A stretch of DNA of 22,122 nucleotides from a bacterium (GTDB lineage Bacteria > J088 > JAWLBW01): NCBI GenBank assembly GCA_041690355.1, contig JAWLHK010000019.1:62001-84122 (forward strand), read 5' to 3'. The notes beneath the pieces were generated by a model. That model was given only the letters and a program-made list of their open reading frames with translations. It made no database searches and was not told the origin of the DNA. The stretch's first letter is position 1; every line of letters begins with the position of its first letter. Shown piece by piece: positions 7,541 through 17,884 of this stretch. The position numbers were made by a program, and so were the translations under genes.

Positions 7541-7981
7541 TCATTCCTGCGTTTCGGGAGCCGCCGGAGTTTCCGGGGCCGTCTTCTTGGCAGGAGCGCG
7601 TTTTTTCTTGGGCGCCGCCTTGGTCTCGGCTTCGACGAGCTCGATGATGGCCATCGGTGCGTTGTCGCCGTTGCGGTTGCCGATCTTGACGATGCGGGTG
7701 TAGCCGCCGTTGCGGGTCGTGTAGCGCGGCGCGATCTCGGCGAAGAGCTTCTTGAGCGCCTCGTTGCCCCGGATAATCCGGGCCGCCTGGCGGCGCGCAT
7801 TCAGATCGCCCTTCTTGCCGAGGGTGATCATCTTCTCGACCACGCGGCGCACTTCCTTGGCGCGGGTCACGGTCGTGCGGACCCGCTCATGAACGACCAG
7901 AGACGTAGCCATGTTCCGAAGCATCGAGAGGCGATGCTCCGTCTTCATCCCCAGTTTGCGGTTGGTACGCTGATGCTGCAT
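7541..7981 (-). CDS. rplQ: 50S ribosomal protein L17 (bL17) with Ala/Lys/Pro-rich C-terminal extension
   Basis: RKLG...[20 protein letters not shown] and [10 protein letters not shown]...R.GDNAPMA. Located after rpoA. Confidence 0.97.
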   Translation of the reverse strand: MQHQRTNRKLGMKTEHRLSMLRNMATSLVVHERVRTTVTRAKEVRRVVEKMITLGKKGDLNARRQAARIIRGNEALKKLFAEIAPRYTTRNGGYTRIVKIGNRNGDNAPMAIIELVEAETKAAPKKKRAPAKKTAPETPAAPETQE

Positions 7982-7993
7982 GATGCTATCCCC

Positions 7994-8989
7994 TTACGGG
8001 TTCTGTTCCTTTTTGAGGTTGAGCCCTTCGAGCTTCATTCCGAGCGAAAGCCCCATCTCGGTGAGGATTTCCTTGATCTCGTTCAGGCTCTTGCGTCCGA
8101 AATTCTTCGTCGCGAGCATCTCCTGCTCGGTCTTCTGGACCAGCTCGGCGATGTTCCGGATGTTGGCGTTCTTGAGGCAGTTCGCACTCCTGACCGACAG
8201 CTCCAGTTCGTCAACGCTCTTCAGGAGATTGGCATTGATGGAGCGTAGGTCAGGCTGAGGCTCCCCCCGCGGCATGTCTTCTTCCTCTTCTTCGAAGTTG
8301 ATGAAGATCTGCAGCTGGTCCTTGAGGATCTTGGCCGCAAAGGCCAGGGCGTCGTCGGGGCGCACGCCGCCATTCGTCCAGATCTCGATCATGAGGCGAT
8401 CGTAGTCGGTGATCTGGCCGACGCGGGCGTTCGTGACGTTGTAGACGACCTTGGTGATCGGGCTGTAGATGGCGTCGATCGGAATGGTGCCGATGCTCGC
8501 CTTCGGATCCTTGTTCCGCTCGGCCGGGACGAAACCCTTGCCGATGTTGACGGTCAGCTCCATGCGGAGCTTGCCTTCGCGGTTCACGGTGGCAATGTGG
8601 TGATCCGGGTTGAGGATCGTCACGGTGCCGTCGGTCTGGATGTCGCCCGCGCGCACGGCCCGTTCGCCCTGCACGTCGATCGTGATCGTCTTCGGTCCCT
8701 CGCCGTCGAGCTTGACCTTGACTTCCTTGAGGTTGAGGATGATTTCGGTGACGTCTTCAACGACGCCCGGAATGGCCGAGAACTCGTGAAGCACGCCGTC
8801 GATGCGCACGTCCGTAATGGCCGCGCCCTGGATGGACGACAGGAGCACGCGCCGCAGCGCGTTGCCCAGCGTAATCCCGAAACCCCGTTCGAACGGCTCG
8901 GCGAAAAACTTGCCGTAGCGGTCGCTGAAGGTGTCGGGATCGTAATCCAGTTTCTTCGGCTTGATGAGGTCGCGCCAGTTCTTCTGCAT
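7994..8989 (-). CDS. rpoA: RNA polymerase subunit alpha
   Basis: [30 protein letters not shown], and alphaCTD motifs [12 protein letters not shown] and [11 protein letters not shown]. Confidence 0.99.
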   Translation of the reverse strand: MQKNWRDLIKPKKLDYDPDTFSDRYGKFFAEPFERGFGITLGNALRRVLLSSIQGAAITDVRIDGVLHEFSAIPGVVEDVTEIILNLKEVKVKLDGEGPKTITIDVQGERAVRAGDIQTDGTVTILNPDHHIATVNREGKLRMELTVNIGKGFVPAERNKDPKASIGTIPIDAIYSPITKVVYNVTNARVGQITDYDRLMIEIWTNGGVRPDDALAFAAKILKDQLQIFINFEEEEEDMPRGEPQPDLRSINANLLKSVDELELSVRSANCLKNANIRNIAELVQKTEQEMLATKNFGRKSLNEIKEILTEMGLSLGMKLEGLNLKKEQNP

Positions 8990-9066
8990 AGTGTCCCTCG
9001 CTGGAGCCGGCGAAGCGTGTTCGCTCCGCCCGGTCGCTCCACCAAACGTTTACTTTGAACTGAGCC

Positions 9067-9696
9067 TTATTTCGAGTACAGCTCGACGATGAGCTGTTCC
9101 TGAATCGGCATCGTCAGGTCTTCACGCGCCGGCTGGACCTTTACCGTGCCCTTGAAAGCCTTGGCGTCGTATTCCAGCCAGTGCGGCAGACCGCGGCGGG
9201 CGGCTGCCTCCAGGTTGGCCGTGATCTTGACGCCACTGCGGCTCTTCTCCCGCAGTTCGATGACGTCTCCCGGCTTGACCTGGTAGCTGGGGATGTTGAC
9301 CCGGCGACCGTTCACGGTGAAATGACCGTGCCGCACGAGCTGGCGCGCTTCGTTGCGGCTGGCCGCGAAACCGAAGCGGTAGATCATGTTGTCGAGACGG
9401 CTCTCGAGAAACAGCAGAAGCTGTACGCCCGTGACCCCCTTGCGGCGCGAGGCGGCAAGGTAGTAGCGACGGAACTGACGCTCGAGAACGCCGTAGATGC
9501 GCTTGACTTTCTGTTTTTCGCGCAGCTGGACGCCGTATTCGGAGAATTTGCTCCGACGGCCGCGCCCGTGCTGGCCGGGGGGATAGCTGCGCCGTTCAAT
9601 CGCGCACTTTTCGGTATAGCAACGCTCTCCCTTGAGGAAGAGCTTGAGTCCTTCACGCCGGCAGAGCCGGCAGACGGAACCAGAGTAGCGAGCCAA
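9067..9696 (-). CDS. rpsD: 30S ribosomal protein S4 (uS4), Zn-binding type, TTG start
   Basis: [17 protein letters not shown]...[24 protein letters not shown]. Strong AAGGAGG SD. Confidence 0.99.
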   Translation of the reverse strand: MARYSGSVCRLCRREGLKLFLKGERCYTEKCAIERRSYPPGQHGRGRRSKFSEYGVQLREKQKVKRIYGVLERQFRRYYLAASRRKGVTGVQLLLFLESRLDNMIYRFGFAASRNEARQLVRHGHFTVNGRRVNIPSYQVKPGDVIELREKSRSGVKITANLEAAARRGLPHWLEYDAKAFKGTVKVQPAREDLTMPIQEQLIVELYSK

Positions 9697-9794
9697 ACGA
9701 AACCTCCTTGAGGTCGGTGGTGGACGGCCGGCGGATGTGCCTGCCCGTGGGCAGATACGTTACGACGGACCGTTTCGTGGTTACAGAAACTGCT

Positions 9795-10178
9795 TCAAAC
9801 GCGCCGGCGCTTCGGGGGCCGGCATCCGTTGTGCGGAATCGGCGTCACGTCCTTGATCAGCGACACCTTGAGGCCGCTGTGGGCCAGGGCGCGCAGGGCG
9901 CTTTCGCGGCCGGCGCCGGGACCCTTCACGTAGACGATGACGTTACGCATTCCCTGATCGACCGCCTTGCGGGCCGCGTCTTCAGCGGCGAGCTGCGCGG
10001 CGAACGGCGTGCTCTTGCGGCTTCCCTTGAAGCCCTTGACGCCTGCCGACGACCAGGATACGACACCGCCGTTGTCATCGGTGATCGAGACGATGGTGTT
10101 GTTGAAAGTGGCGAGGATGTGCACGACGCCGCTCGGGACGTTGCGCTTGACGGTTTTTTTCTTCTTGACGGTAGCCAT
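9795..10178 (-). CDS. rpsK: 30S ribosomal protein S11 (uS11)
   Basis: [38 protein letters not shown]. Confidence 0.99.
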   Translation of the reverse strand: MATVKKKKTVKRNVPSGVVHILATFNNTIVSITDDNGGVVSWSSAGVKGFKGSRKSTPFAAQLAAEDAARKAVDQGMRNVIVYVKGPGAGRESALRALAHSGLKVSLIKDVTPIPHNGCRPPKRRRV

Positions 10179-10187
10179 CTCAGAACC

Positions 10188-10565
10188 TTACTTGGTGACC
10201 TTCTTCTTGCCGGCCACGGTCTTGCGCGGTCCCTTACGGGTGCGCGCGTTGGAGTGCGTGCTCTGCCCGCGAACCGGCAGACCGCGACGGTGACGCAGGC
10301 CGCGATAGCAGCCGATGTCCATCAACCGCTTGATGTTCATCTGGATGTCTTTGCGCAGGTCGCCCTCGACCCGGTATTTTTCATCCAGAATGCTGCGGAT
10401 CTTGCTCACTTCTTCGGCGGTCAGCTTGTCGGTGCGCGTCGACGGATCGATCGCGGCCTCGGCAAGGATCTTCTCCGCCGTGGCAGGCCCGATCCCGAAG
10501 ATATACGTGAGGGCGATCTCGATACGCTTGCCTTTGGGCAGGTCGATACCTGCAATGCGTGCCAT
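10188..10565 (-). CDS. rpsM: 30S ribosomal protein S13 (uS13)
   Basis: [30 protein letters not shown]...NARTRKG. Confidence 0.99.
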   Translation of the reverse strand: MARIAGIDLPKGKRIEIALTYIFGIGPATAEKILAEAAIDPSTRTDKLTAEEVSKIRSILDEKYRVEGDLRKDIQMNIKRLMDIGCYRGLRHRRGLPVRGQSTHSNARTRKGPRKTVAGKKKVTK

Positions 10566-10580
10566 GATAGGATCCCCTAA

Positions 10581-10694
10581 TCAGCCCTGACGCTGCTTAT
10601 GTTTCTTGTTCTCGCAGATGACCCGGACCAGGCCGTGCCGGCGGATCACCTTGCACTTCGGACACATCTTCTTCACGGATGATCGAACTTTCAT
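10581..10694 (-). CDS. rpmJ: 50S ribosomal protein L36 (bL36), Zn-ribbon type, 37 aa (below the ORF-track cutoff)
   Basis: Manual translation gives [37 protein letters not shown]. Confidence 0.98.
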   Translation of the reverse strand: MKVRSSVKKMCPKCKVIRRHGLVRVICENKKHKQRQG

Positions 10695-10859
10695 CGCTCC
10701 ACCTGCCCGCCTCCAGCGAGGCGGTTCAGAAATCGGGGCCGTGATTCGTCACCGCCACCGTGTGTTCAAACCGTGGGTCGAAAACCGAGCGTCAAACGCT
10801 TCGATCGTCAACCGCAATGGAGTTCCGCCAACCGGCGTCGCTCCCGAAAACCTACAGAC

Positions 10860-11525
10860 CTAGGCCACGCTCTCGAGGAGCGAGCTGATCCGGGCGCCGA
10901 TGGCCTCGATCTCGCCCGTTCCGTCGATACGGCGCAGCATACCCTTGCGGGTGTAATAATCGACCAGCGGCGCCGTCTTCTCGTGAAACTCCTGCAGGCG
11001 CTTCCGGATGGTCTCTTCCCGGTCGTCATCGCGCTGGTACAGCTCGCCGCCGCACTTGTCGCAGACGCCTTCGGCGCGCGGCGGCTTGAACGAGACATGG
11101 TATTCGTCACCGCACGCGCGGCAGACCCTGCGTCCGGTGAGGCGCTCGAGCAGCAACGATTCGGGAACGTCGACGAGAATGACGTGCGAGATCCGGCGGC
11201 CGAGCTTCTCGAGCATGTGATCGAGGGCATCGGCCTGGCCGACCGTGCGCGGAAAACCATCGAGAATGAACCCGTCGGCCGCGTCGTCGTTCTGCAGCCG
11301 CTCCTGGATGATCTCGACGACAATCTCGTCGGGAACCAGCTGCCCCGAAGCCATGATCTCCTTCAGCTTCTCGGCCAGCGGGCCCCGATCGTTTCGCTTG
11401 GCGCGCAGGATGTCACCCGTCGAGATCTGCGGGATGCGCAGCTGGGCGACGAGGCGCTTGGCCTGTGTTCCCTTGCCGGCGCCCGGCGCCCCAAGCAGGA
11501 TGAGATTGTTCCCGTTCTTCACCAT
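10860..11525 (-). CDS. adk: Adenylate kinase, long form with 4-Cys Zn LID
   Basis: LILLGAPGAGKGTQA, ISTGDILR, GFILDGFPRT, LID CRAC...CDKC, LYQRDDD. ATG at 11525 with a GGAG SD. Confidence 0.98.
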   Translation of the reverse strand: MVKNGNNLILLGAPGAGKGTQAKRLVAQLRIPQISTGDILRAKRNDRGPLAEKLKEIMASGQLVPDEIVVEIIQERLQNDDAADGFILDGFPRTVGQADALDHMLEKLGRRISHVILVDVPESLLLERLTGRRVCRACGDEYHVSFKPPRAEGVCDKCGGELYQRDDDREETIRKRLQEFHEKTAPLVDYYTRKGMLRRIDGTGEIEAIGARISSLLESVA

Positions 11526-11535
11526 CGCTCCGTCG

Positions 11536-12864
11536 TTACCGCATCCGCACGCGGCGCGCCGAGGCACGGCCGCCCCGGGCACCCATGATTCCCTCGTAAT
11601 TGCGGGAAATCAGGTGGCCTTCGATCTGCTGCATGGTGTCCAGGGCGACGCCGACGGCAATCAACAGGCTGGTGCCGCCGAAATAGAAGGGGATACTGAA
11701 GTAGCCCATCAGAATCGACGGCAGCACGCAGATGGCCGAAATGTAAATCGCACCCACCAGCACGACGCGCATCAGAATGCGGTCGATGTACTGTGCAGTG
11801 TTCTGCCCGGGACGGATGCCGGGGACGTAGGCGCCCCCCTTTTTCAGGTTCTCGGCCACGTCCACCGGATTGAAGGTCACAGCCGTATAGAAATAACAGA
11901 AAAAGACGATGAGCGCAACAAACAGGACGTTGTAGGCGACGTCGGTCGGCCCCAGATACTGGTTGACGAACCGGTTCACGGCGCTGTCGGGCCCGAACCA
12001 GCTCCCCAGCGTGAGGGGGAACATGAGCAGGCTCGACGCGAAGATCGGCGGGATGACCCCCGACGGATTCAGGCGCAGCGGCAGGTGCGTGCTCTGCCCG
12101 CCGTACATCTTGCGGCCCACAACGCGGCGCGGATACTGCACGGGGATGCGGCGCGCGGCGCGCTCGAAGAAGACGATGAACGCGACGACGGCGAGCATGG
12201 CCAGGCCGAGCAGGATCATGACGAAGAGCGAGATTTCGCCGGCGCGCACGAGCTCGAAGGTGTTGCCCAGCGCAGCGGGCATCCGGGCCACGATGCCGGC
12301 CGTGATGATGAGCGAGATGCCGTTGCCGATGCCGTTCTCAGTGATCTTCTCGCCGATCCACATGAGAAAGATCGTGCCCGCCGTAAGCGTCACGGCCGTC
12401 ATGATGCGGAAGGACCAGCCCCCGTCGCGCACGATGGCCTCACCGGCAGGCCCGGTCTGGCTCTCAAGCGTCGTGGCGATGGCGAAGGCCTGCACCAGCG
12501 CCAGACCGACGGTCAGATAGCGCGTGTACTGATTGATCTTGCGCCGGCCGACCTCACCCTCCTTGCTCATGCGTTCGAGGGTCGGGAAGACCATCGTCAG
12601 CAGCTGCAGGATAATCGATGCCGTGATGTACGGCATGACGTTGAGGGTGAGAATCGAGAACTGTTCCAGGGCGCCGCCCGAGAACATGTTGAAAAAGCCG
12701 ATCAGGTTGCCCTGCTGGCGCTGAATGATCGCCTGCAGAGCGGCCGCATCGACGCCCGGAGTCGGAACGTAGACGCCGATTCGGTACACCGCCAGCATGA
12801 GGGCGGTGAACACGAGCCGCTTCTGCAGTTCCGACAGCTTTCCCTGATCAGGATTGCCGATCAC
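11536..12864 (-). CDS. secY: Preprotein translocase subunit SecY
   Basis: Multi-TM protein with [27 protein letters not shown]-like VPGIRPG and FGGTSLLI. The GTG start overlaps the rplO stop. Confidence 0.99.
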   Translation of the reverse strand: MIGNPDQGKLSELQKRLVFTALMLAVYRIGVYVPTPGVDAAALQAIIQRQQGNLIGFFNMFSGGALEQFSILTLNVMPYITASIILQLLTMVFPTLERMSKEGEVGRRKINQYTRYLTVGLALVQAFAIATTLESQTGPAGEAIVRDGGWSFRIMTAVTLTAGTIFLMWIGEKITENGIGNGISLIITAGIVARMPAALGNTFELVRAGEISLFVMILLGLAMLAVVAFIVFFERAARRIPVQYPRRVVGRKMYGGQSTHLPLRLNPSGVIPPIFASSLLMFPLTLGSWFGPDSAVNRFVNQYLGPTDVAYNVLFVALIVFFCYFYTAVTFNPVDVAENLKKGGAYVPGIRPGQNTAQYIDRILMRVVLVGAIYISAICVLPSILMGYFSIPFYFGGTSLLIAVGVALDTMQQIEGHLISRNYEGIMGARGGRASARRVRMR

Positions 12865-13307
12865 GCGATAACCTCGACCTTGCCGCCGGCAGCCTCGATC
12901 TTGCGCTTGGCTTCGGCGCTGAACTTCTTGGCGTGCACGGTGATCGCCTTTTCGAGCTTGCCGTCGCCGAGAATCTTGATGCCGTCACGAACGTTCTTGA
13001 CCAGGCCGCTTTCGAGCAGCGAGTCTTCGTTCACGACCGCGTTGGCCTTGAAGACGCGATCCAGGTCGCCGACATTGATGACGGCGAACGTCTTGCGAAA
13101 GGGGTTGAGAAAGCCGAACTTGGGAAGCCGGCGCTGCAGCGGCATCTGGCCGCCTTCGAAACCCGGCTTCTTGCCGCCGCCCGAGCGCGCCTTCTGGCCC
13201 TTCTGGCCGCGGCTCGAGGTTTTGCCGTGTCCGCTGCCGGGACCACGCCCGACGCGCTTCTTCTTATGGGTGGCGCCCTGCTGGGGGCCCAGTTCGTTGA
13301 GTTTCAT
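12861..13307 (-). CDS. rplO: 50S ribosomal protein L15 (uL15)
   Basis: [43 protein letters not shown]. Confidence 0.99.
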   Translation of the reverse strand: MKLNELGPQQGATHKKKRVGRGPGSGHGKTSSRGQKGQKARSGGGKKPGFEGGQMPLQRRLPKFGFLNPFRKTFAVINVGDLDRVFKANAVVNEDSLLESGLVKNVRDGIKILGDGKLEKAITVHAKKFSAEAKRKIEAAGGKVEVIA

Positions 13308-13384
13308 GTCGACTCCTGTCGGGAGGCCGGCCTCCCCACGCGGGGCAATCGCCCCTCGCCTGGCGCGCCGCGGCGCGCGTTTCG

Positions 13385-13570
13385 TTAATCTTCGACTTCG
13401 ACCATGTGCACGACCTTGCGGATCATGCCCCGGATGGCCGGCGTATCTTCGAGTTCGCGCACCTGGTGGCGCTTCTTCAGGCCCAGGCCGCGCAGATTGG
13501 CGCGCTGAACCGGGCTGGTGCCCGCATAACCGCGCACCAGACGGACGCGAATGGTTTTCTTGTCAGCCAT
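13385..13570 (-). CDS. rpmD: 50S ribosomal protein L30 (uL30)
   Basis: LRGLGL...[18 protein letters not shown] at 13570 with an AAGGAG SD. Confidence 0.95.
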   Translation of the reverse strand: MADKKTIRVRLVRGYAGTSPVQRANLRGLGLKKRHQVRELEDTPAIRGMIRKVVHMVEVED

Positions 13571-13582
13571 GGCTGCCACTCC

Positions 13583-14083
13583 TTACTGCATCGCTGCGGC
13601 GTCGAGGCCGCGCTTGCGGGCGATCTGTTCGGGGCTCTTCATCGACATGAGGCCGCGCAGGGTCGCCTTGATGACGTTATGCGGATTGCTCGAGCCGAGG
13701 CTCTTCGTGAGGATGTTGCGCACGCCGGCCAGTTCGACCACGGCGCGCACGGCACCCCCGGCGATGACGCCGGTACCATCGCTGGCGGGCTTCATGAGCA
13801 CCTGCGCGGCGCCGAAGCGGCCCACGAAGTCGTGCGGAATCGTGCCCTCGAAAATCGGGACATGAACCAGGTTCTTCTTGGCCTGCTCGATGCCCTTGCG
13901 GATGGCCTCGGGTACTTCGTTGGCCTTGCCCAGGCCGAAGCCCACGCGGCCGGCGCCGTCACCGACGACGACGAGTGCTGCGAAGCTGAAGCGGCGTCCG
14001 CCCTTGACCACCTTGGCCACGCGGCCGATGTGGACGACTTTTTCTTTGAATTCCGAATCCGGATTGCGCTGTTCGTATGCCAA
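13583..14083 (-). CDS. rpsE: 30S ribosomal protein S5 (uS5), TTG start
   Basis: [42 protein letters not shown] at 14083 preceded by GAGGGGG. Confidence 0.97.
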   Translation of the reverse strand: MAYEQRNPDSEFKEKVVHIGRVAKVVKGGRRFSFAALVVVGDGAGRVGFGLGKANEVPEAIRKGIEQAKKNLVHVPIFEGTIPHDFVGRFGAAQVLMKPASDGTGVIAGGAVRAVVELAGVRNILTKSLGSSNPHNVIKATLRGLMSMKSPEQIARKRGLDAAAMQ

Positions 14084-14093
14084 GGTTGCCCCC

Positions 14094-14450
14094 TCAGAAC
14101 TTAAGTCCGGCTTCGCGGGCGGCTTCGGCAAGCGCGCGCACGACGCCATGATAGCGATAGCTCGAACGATCGAAGACCACGTTCTCGACCCCCTTGGCCT
14201 GGGCGCGCTCGGCGATCAGCTTGCCGATGGCAGCCGCCTGCACCTTGCCCGCACCTTTGACCTCATCGGCGAGGCTCGAGGCCGAGAGAAGGGTCGCGCC
14301 CTTTTCGTCGTCGATGAGCTGGACATAGACGTGGCGCAGGCTCTTGAAGACGGCCAGCCGCGGCCGTTCGCCCGTGCCCGTGATTTTCTTGCGGACGCGC
14401 AGCTTGCGGGCGGCGCGTGCGTTCTGCTTTTCGCGAATGATCTTCGACAT
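14094..14450 (-). CDS. rplR: 50S ribosomal protein L18 (uL18)
   Basis: [30 protein letters not shown]. Confidence 0.98.
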   Translation of the reverse strand: MSKIIREKQNARAARKLRVRKKITGTGERPRLAVFKSLRHVYVQLIDDEKGATLLSASSLADEVKGAGKVQAAAIGKLIAERAQAKGVENVVFDRSSYRYHGVVRALAEAAREAGLKF

Positions 14451-14516
14451 CGTTACACCTGTCGGAGGCGATTCTCCGCCGGACGCGGAGACTTCGGTCC
14501 CCTTGATTTCAATCGA

Positions 14517-15062
14517 TTACTTGCCGGCGGCCTTACCCGCCTTGCGGCGAATGGTTTCTTCGGCATACTTGATGCCCTTGCCCTTGTACGGCTCGGGAGG
14601 ACGCACGCCACGGATCTTGGCCGCCATTTCACCCAGGAGCTGCTTGTCGGCGCTCTTCAGGATGATGCGGGTCTGCTTGTCGACCTCGACCTTGATCGTG
14701 GGCGGCAGCTTGAACTCGACGGGGTGGCTGAAGCCGACCGTCAGGTTCAGGGTCTGGCCCTGGGCCGCGGCGCGATAGCCGACGCCGTTGATTTCCAGTT
14801 CACGCTGAAACCCGGTGCCGCAGCCGACGGCCGCGTTGTTGACCAGGGTGCGAAACAGGCCGTGAAAGGCCTTGTGACGCCGGGTTTCGCCCGTGGGCAT
14901 GACCTTGATTTCGTCGCCTTCGATCTGGGCGGCAATCTCGGCCGGCAGCGTGACGCTCATCTTGCCGATGGGCCCTTCGAAGTTCAGGGTCGCGCCGCTC
15001 TGGGCAACCTTGACTCCCTTGGGGACCTTGACCGGCAGTTTTCCAATTCGGCTCTGGCTCAT
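14517..15062 (-). CDS. rplF: 50S ribosomal protein L6 (uL6)
   Basis: [35 protein letters not shown]. Confidence 0.98.
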   Translation of the reverse strand: MSQSRIGKLPVKVPKGVKVAQSGATLNFEGPIGKMSVTLPAEIAAQIEGDEIKVMPTGETRRHKAFHGLFRTLVNNAAVGCGTGFQRELEINGVGYRAAAQGQTLNLTVGFSHPVEFKLPPTIKVEVDKQTRIILKSADKQLLGEMAAKIRGVRPPEPYKGKGIKYAEETIRRKAGKAAGK

Positions 15063-15066
15063 GACC

Positions 15067-15465
15067 TCACCACACCTTGAGCAGGACCTCGCCGCCCACG
15101 TTCTTGGCGCGGGCTTCACGGTCTGTCAACAGACCGAGCGAGGTCGAAAGAATGCTGATGCCGAGCCCTGAGAGTACCTTCGGAGCCTCGTCGGCAGAAG
15201 CGTACACCCGGCGGCCGGGCTTCGAAACACGTTCAATACCGGCAATCACCGGCTCACGGGTCGCCTCGTCGTAGCGAAGCTGCACCTTGATGTCCCGCTT
15301 CGAACCGTACTCGACCGCCTGAAAGCCGTCGATGTAGCCGTTCGTCTTGAGGACGTCGAGAATGCGCTCCTTCTGCTTGGAGTGCGCCACCGTCACGTTC
15401 TTGTGCCGCGCCATGCCCGCATTCCGGATGCGGGTCAGCATATCGGCGATGGGATCGGTCATCAT
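15067..15465 (-). CDS. rpsH: 30S ribosomal protein S8 (uS8)
   Basis: [40 protein letters not shown]...VW. Confidence 0.99.
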   Translation of the reverse strand: MMTDPIADMLTRIRNAGMARHKNVTVAHSKQKERILDVLKTNGYIDGFQAVEYGSKRDIKVQLRYDEATREPVIAGIERVSKPGRRVYASADEAPKVLSGLGISILSTSLGLLTDREARAKNVGGEVLLKVW

Positions 15466-15490
15466 AACAGAAACCTTCTTCTCCCGAAAA

Positions 15491-15676
15491 TTACCAACTA
15501 GCCTTGGTTACGCCCGGAAGCTTGCCGTCGAGGGCAAGCTGCCGCAGACAGATGCGGCACAGGGCGAATCGCCGGTAGTACGCACGGGCGCGCCCGCACC
15601 GCTGGCAGCGGCTGTACTTCCGAACCTCGAACTTGGGCTTTCTCGCCGCTTTGATGCGGAGCGAAGTCTTGGCCAT
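15491..15676 (-). CDS. rpsN: 30S ribosomal protein S14, short Zn-binding (type Z), 61 aa
   Basis: RCQRCGR...[16 protein letters not shown]. Confidence 0.98.
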   Translation of the reverse strand: MAKTSLRIKAARKPKFEVRKYSRCQRCGRARAYYRRFALCRICLRQLALDGKLPGVTKASW

Positions 15677-15691
15677 TTGCGAACTCTCCTC

Positions 15692-16237
15692 TTACTGCCG
15701 GAACGGCATTCCCATGTTGCGGAGCAGCGAACGGGCCTCTTCGTCGGATTCAGCCGTCGTCACGAACGTGATGTTCAGACCCTTGATCTTCTCGATCTTG
15801 TCGAAGTTGATTTCCGGGAAGATGATCTGTTCGCGTACGCCCAGGGTGTAGTTGCCCTTGCCGTCGAATGCCTTGGTGCTCACGCCGCGGAAGTCCTTCA
15901 CGCGGGCGAGGGCGACATTGAACAGGCGCTCCATGAATTCGTACATGCGCTCGCGACGCAGCGTCACCATGACACCGATCGCCTGGTTCTCGCGCAGCTT
16001 GAAGTTCGAGATGCTCTTGCGGGCCCGCGTCACGACCGGCCGCTGACCGGTGATGAGCCCGAGCTGCTCGACGGCCGACTCGATGAGCTTGGCGTTCTGC
16101 ACCGCTTCGCCAAGGCCCATGTTGACGACGACCTTCGTCACCTTGGGCACCTGCATCGGGTTCGCGTAGTTGAACTCCTTCTGCAGAGCGGCAACGACGG
16201 TCTTCTGGTAGTGATCCTGCAACGTGGCTGTAGCCAT
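15692..16237 (-). CDS. rplE: 50S ribosomal protein L5 (uL5)
   Basis: [32 protein letters not shown]. Confidence 0.99.
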   Translation of the reverse strand: MATATLQDHYQKTVVAALQKEFNYANPMQVPKVTKVVVNMGLGEAVQNAKLIESAVEQLGLITGQRPVVTRARKSISNFKLRENQAIGVMVTLRRERMYEFMERLFNVALARVKDFRGVSTKAFDGKGNYTLGVREQIIFPEINFDKIEKIKGLNITFVTTAESDEEARSLLRNMGMPFRQ

Positions 16238-16246
16238 ACCGTCCTC

Positions 16247-16567
16247 TTATTCCTTCGCCTCGATGGCCTCGCCGCACTTCTTGCACGTGCGCACCTTCGT
16301 TCCGTCTTCGAGGAACGTGTGACCCACGCGCCGCGGCCCATTGCACTTGGGGCAGAACAGACTCACGTTCGAGACGTGAATCGGCGCTTCTTTGTTAATG
16401 ATGCCGCCGGTCGGGTTGGCCTGCGTGGCGCGCTGGTGGCGCTTCACGACGTTGACCTTCTCGACGACCACACGGTCGCGGTTGGCCAGGATGCGCAGCA
16501 CCTTGCCGCGCTGTCCCTTGTCCTTGCCGGCGATGACGACGACTTCGTCATTTTTGCGGATATGCAT
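16247..16567 (-). CDS. rplX: 50S ribosomal protein L24 (uL24)
   Basis: KOW motif VVVIAGKDKG..GKV and GGII.KEAPIHVSNV. Also has CPKC and CKKC pairs. Confidence 0.98.
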   Translation of the reverse strand: MHIRKNDEVVVIAGKDKGQRGKVLRILANRDRVVVEKVNVVKRHQRATQANPTGGIINKEAPIHVSNVSLFCPKCNGPRRVGHTFLEDGTKVRTCKKCGEAIEAKE

Positions 16568-16593
16568 GACTTTTCCTCAACGGCCGATCGGGG

Positions 16594-16962
16594 TCACAGG
16601 ACCTCGGGGGCCAGCGAAACAATCTTCATGAAATTCTTGGCGCGGAGCTCGCGGGCGACGGGCCCGAAGATACGGGTACCGATCGGTTCGCCGTCCTTGT
16701 TGACGAGCACCGCCGAGTTGGTGTCGAACTTGATGTACGACCCGTCGGCGCGGGCGACCTCCTTGGCCGTGCGCACGACCACCGCGCGCATGACGTCGCC
16801 CTTCTTCACCTTCGAGTGCGGCAGCGCTTCACGCACCGACACGATGATGATGTCGCCGACCGACGCGTACTTCTTGCGCGTGCCGCCGATGATCTTGATG
16901 CAGCGCAGCTTGCGGGCGCCGCTGTTGTCGGCCGAGTCGAGAAAGGTTTCCTGCTGAATCAT
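16594..16962 (-). CDS. rplN: 50S ribosomal protein L14 (uL14)
   Basis: MIQ...[28 protein letters not shown]. Confidence 0.99.
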   Translation of the reverse strand: MIQQETFLDSADNSGARKLRCIKIIGGTRKKYASVGDIIIVSVREALPHSKVKKGDVMRAVVVRTAKEVARADGSYIKFDTNSAVLVNKDGEPIGTRIFGPVARELRAKNFMKIVSLAPEVL

Positions 16963-16997
16963 GGTCTGTCTCCGTCACGAGGCTGCGCGGCAGCCGG

Positions 16998-17264
16998 TCA
17001 GGCGGCTCGCTCGATGATCTGCGTCACGACCCAGCGCTTGGTCGCGCTGAGGGGACGGCTCTCGATGAGCTGCACGGTGTCGCCGACACGCGCCTTGTTG
17101 CCTTCGTTGTGGGCCTTGTATTTCTTCGAGCTGCGAATGAACTTCTTGTAGACCGGGTGGCGGTAGCGCCGTTCGACACGCACCACGACCGTGCGGTCCA
17201 TCTTGTCGCTCACGACTACGCCCGTCAGGGTCTTCTTGGTCTTGTTGATCGTCGTTTCAGCCAT
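16998..17264 (-). CDS. rpsQ: 30S ribosomal protein S17 (uS17)
   Basis: [34 protein letters not shown] at 17264. Confidence 0.98.
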   Translation of the reverse strand: MAETTINKTKKTLTGVVVSDKMDRTVVVRVERRYRHPVYKKFIRSSKKYKAHNEGNKARVGDTVQLIESRPLSATKRWVVTQIIERAA

Positions 17265-17268
17265 GGTG

Positions 17269-17466
17269 TTACCCCGCCGCCTGCTGCTTTTCGCGCAGGA
17301 TGGTCTTGATCCGGGCGAGTTCACGCCGGTCGTTCTTCAGCTTGGACGTATTCTCGATTTCGCCGCTCACGAGCTTCATGCGCGTGTGAAAAAGCTCTTC
17401 GTTGAGCTCTTTCTGCTTCGCCTGGAGCTCTTCGACGCTGAGCTCCCACAGTTCATGCGCCTTCAT
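17269..17466 (-). CDS. rpmC: 50S ribosomal protein L29 (uL29)
   Basis: MKA.EL...S.EEL...[13 protein letters not shown]. Lies between rplP and rpsQ. Confidence 0.95.
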   Translation of the reverse strand: MKAHELWELSVEELQAKQKELNEELFHTRMKLVSGEIENTSKLKNDRRELARIKTILREKQQAAG

Positions 17467-17882
17467 AGCACCGACTCCTTGCGCTCGACGAACCGGGTCA
17501 TCAGCGGAAGCTTCTGGGCCGCCAGGCGAAACGCCTCGCGGGCCGTGGCTTCGTCGACGCCTTCGATTTCGTAAATCATGCGCCCGGCCTGGACCTGGGC
17601 CACCCAGTACTCAACCGACCCCTTACCTTTACCCATGCGGGTTTCGGCAGGCTTCTTCGTGATCGGCTTGTCGGGAAACACGCGAATGAAGATCTTGCCG
17701 CCGCGCTTGACGAAGCGGTTGATGGCCACGCGGCCGGCCTCGAGCTGGCGCGCCGTGATGTTGCCGAATTCGGTAACCTTCAGTCCGTATTCGCCGAAAG
17801 CCAGCTGGGCTCCCGACTGGGCCTTACCGCGCAGGCGACCCTTCTGCTGCTTACGATACTTCGTGCGTTTGGGCATCAACAT
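17463..17882 (-). CDS. rplP: 50S ribosomal protein L16 (uL16)
   Basis: [36 protein letters not shown]. Confidence 0.98.
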   Translation of the reverse strand: MLMPKRTKYRKQQKGRLRGKAQSGAQLAFGEYGLKVTEFGNITARQLEAGRVAINRFVKRGGKIFIRVFPDKPITKKPAETRMGKGKGSVEYWVAQVQAGRMIYEIEGVDEATAREAFRLAAQKLPLMTRFVERKESVL

Positions 17883-17884
17883 GG

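Noticed and set aside
7541..7640. Low-complexity L17 tail with repeated APET
   Set aside because: Ala/Lys/Pro-rich L17 extensions are common in many phyla.
10749..10862. Possible TAG read-through of adk, or a map/infA pseudogene in the spacer
   Set aside because: The 36 codons after the TAG (VCRFSGATPVGG...) resemble neither MetAP nor IF-1, and there is no recoding signal.
11245..13650. 801-aa plus-strand ORF antisense to adk/secY/rplO/rpmD
   Set aside because: It has no recognisable domain and lies opposite essential conserved genes. Long antisense frames are expected from high GC and codon bias.
16140..16246. E. coli-like S8 operator at the rplE start
   Set aside because: Some pairing is possible (GACGGU/ACCGUC and UGGC-UACA-GCCA), but I could not identify the S8-recognition internal loop by eye.
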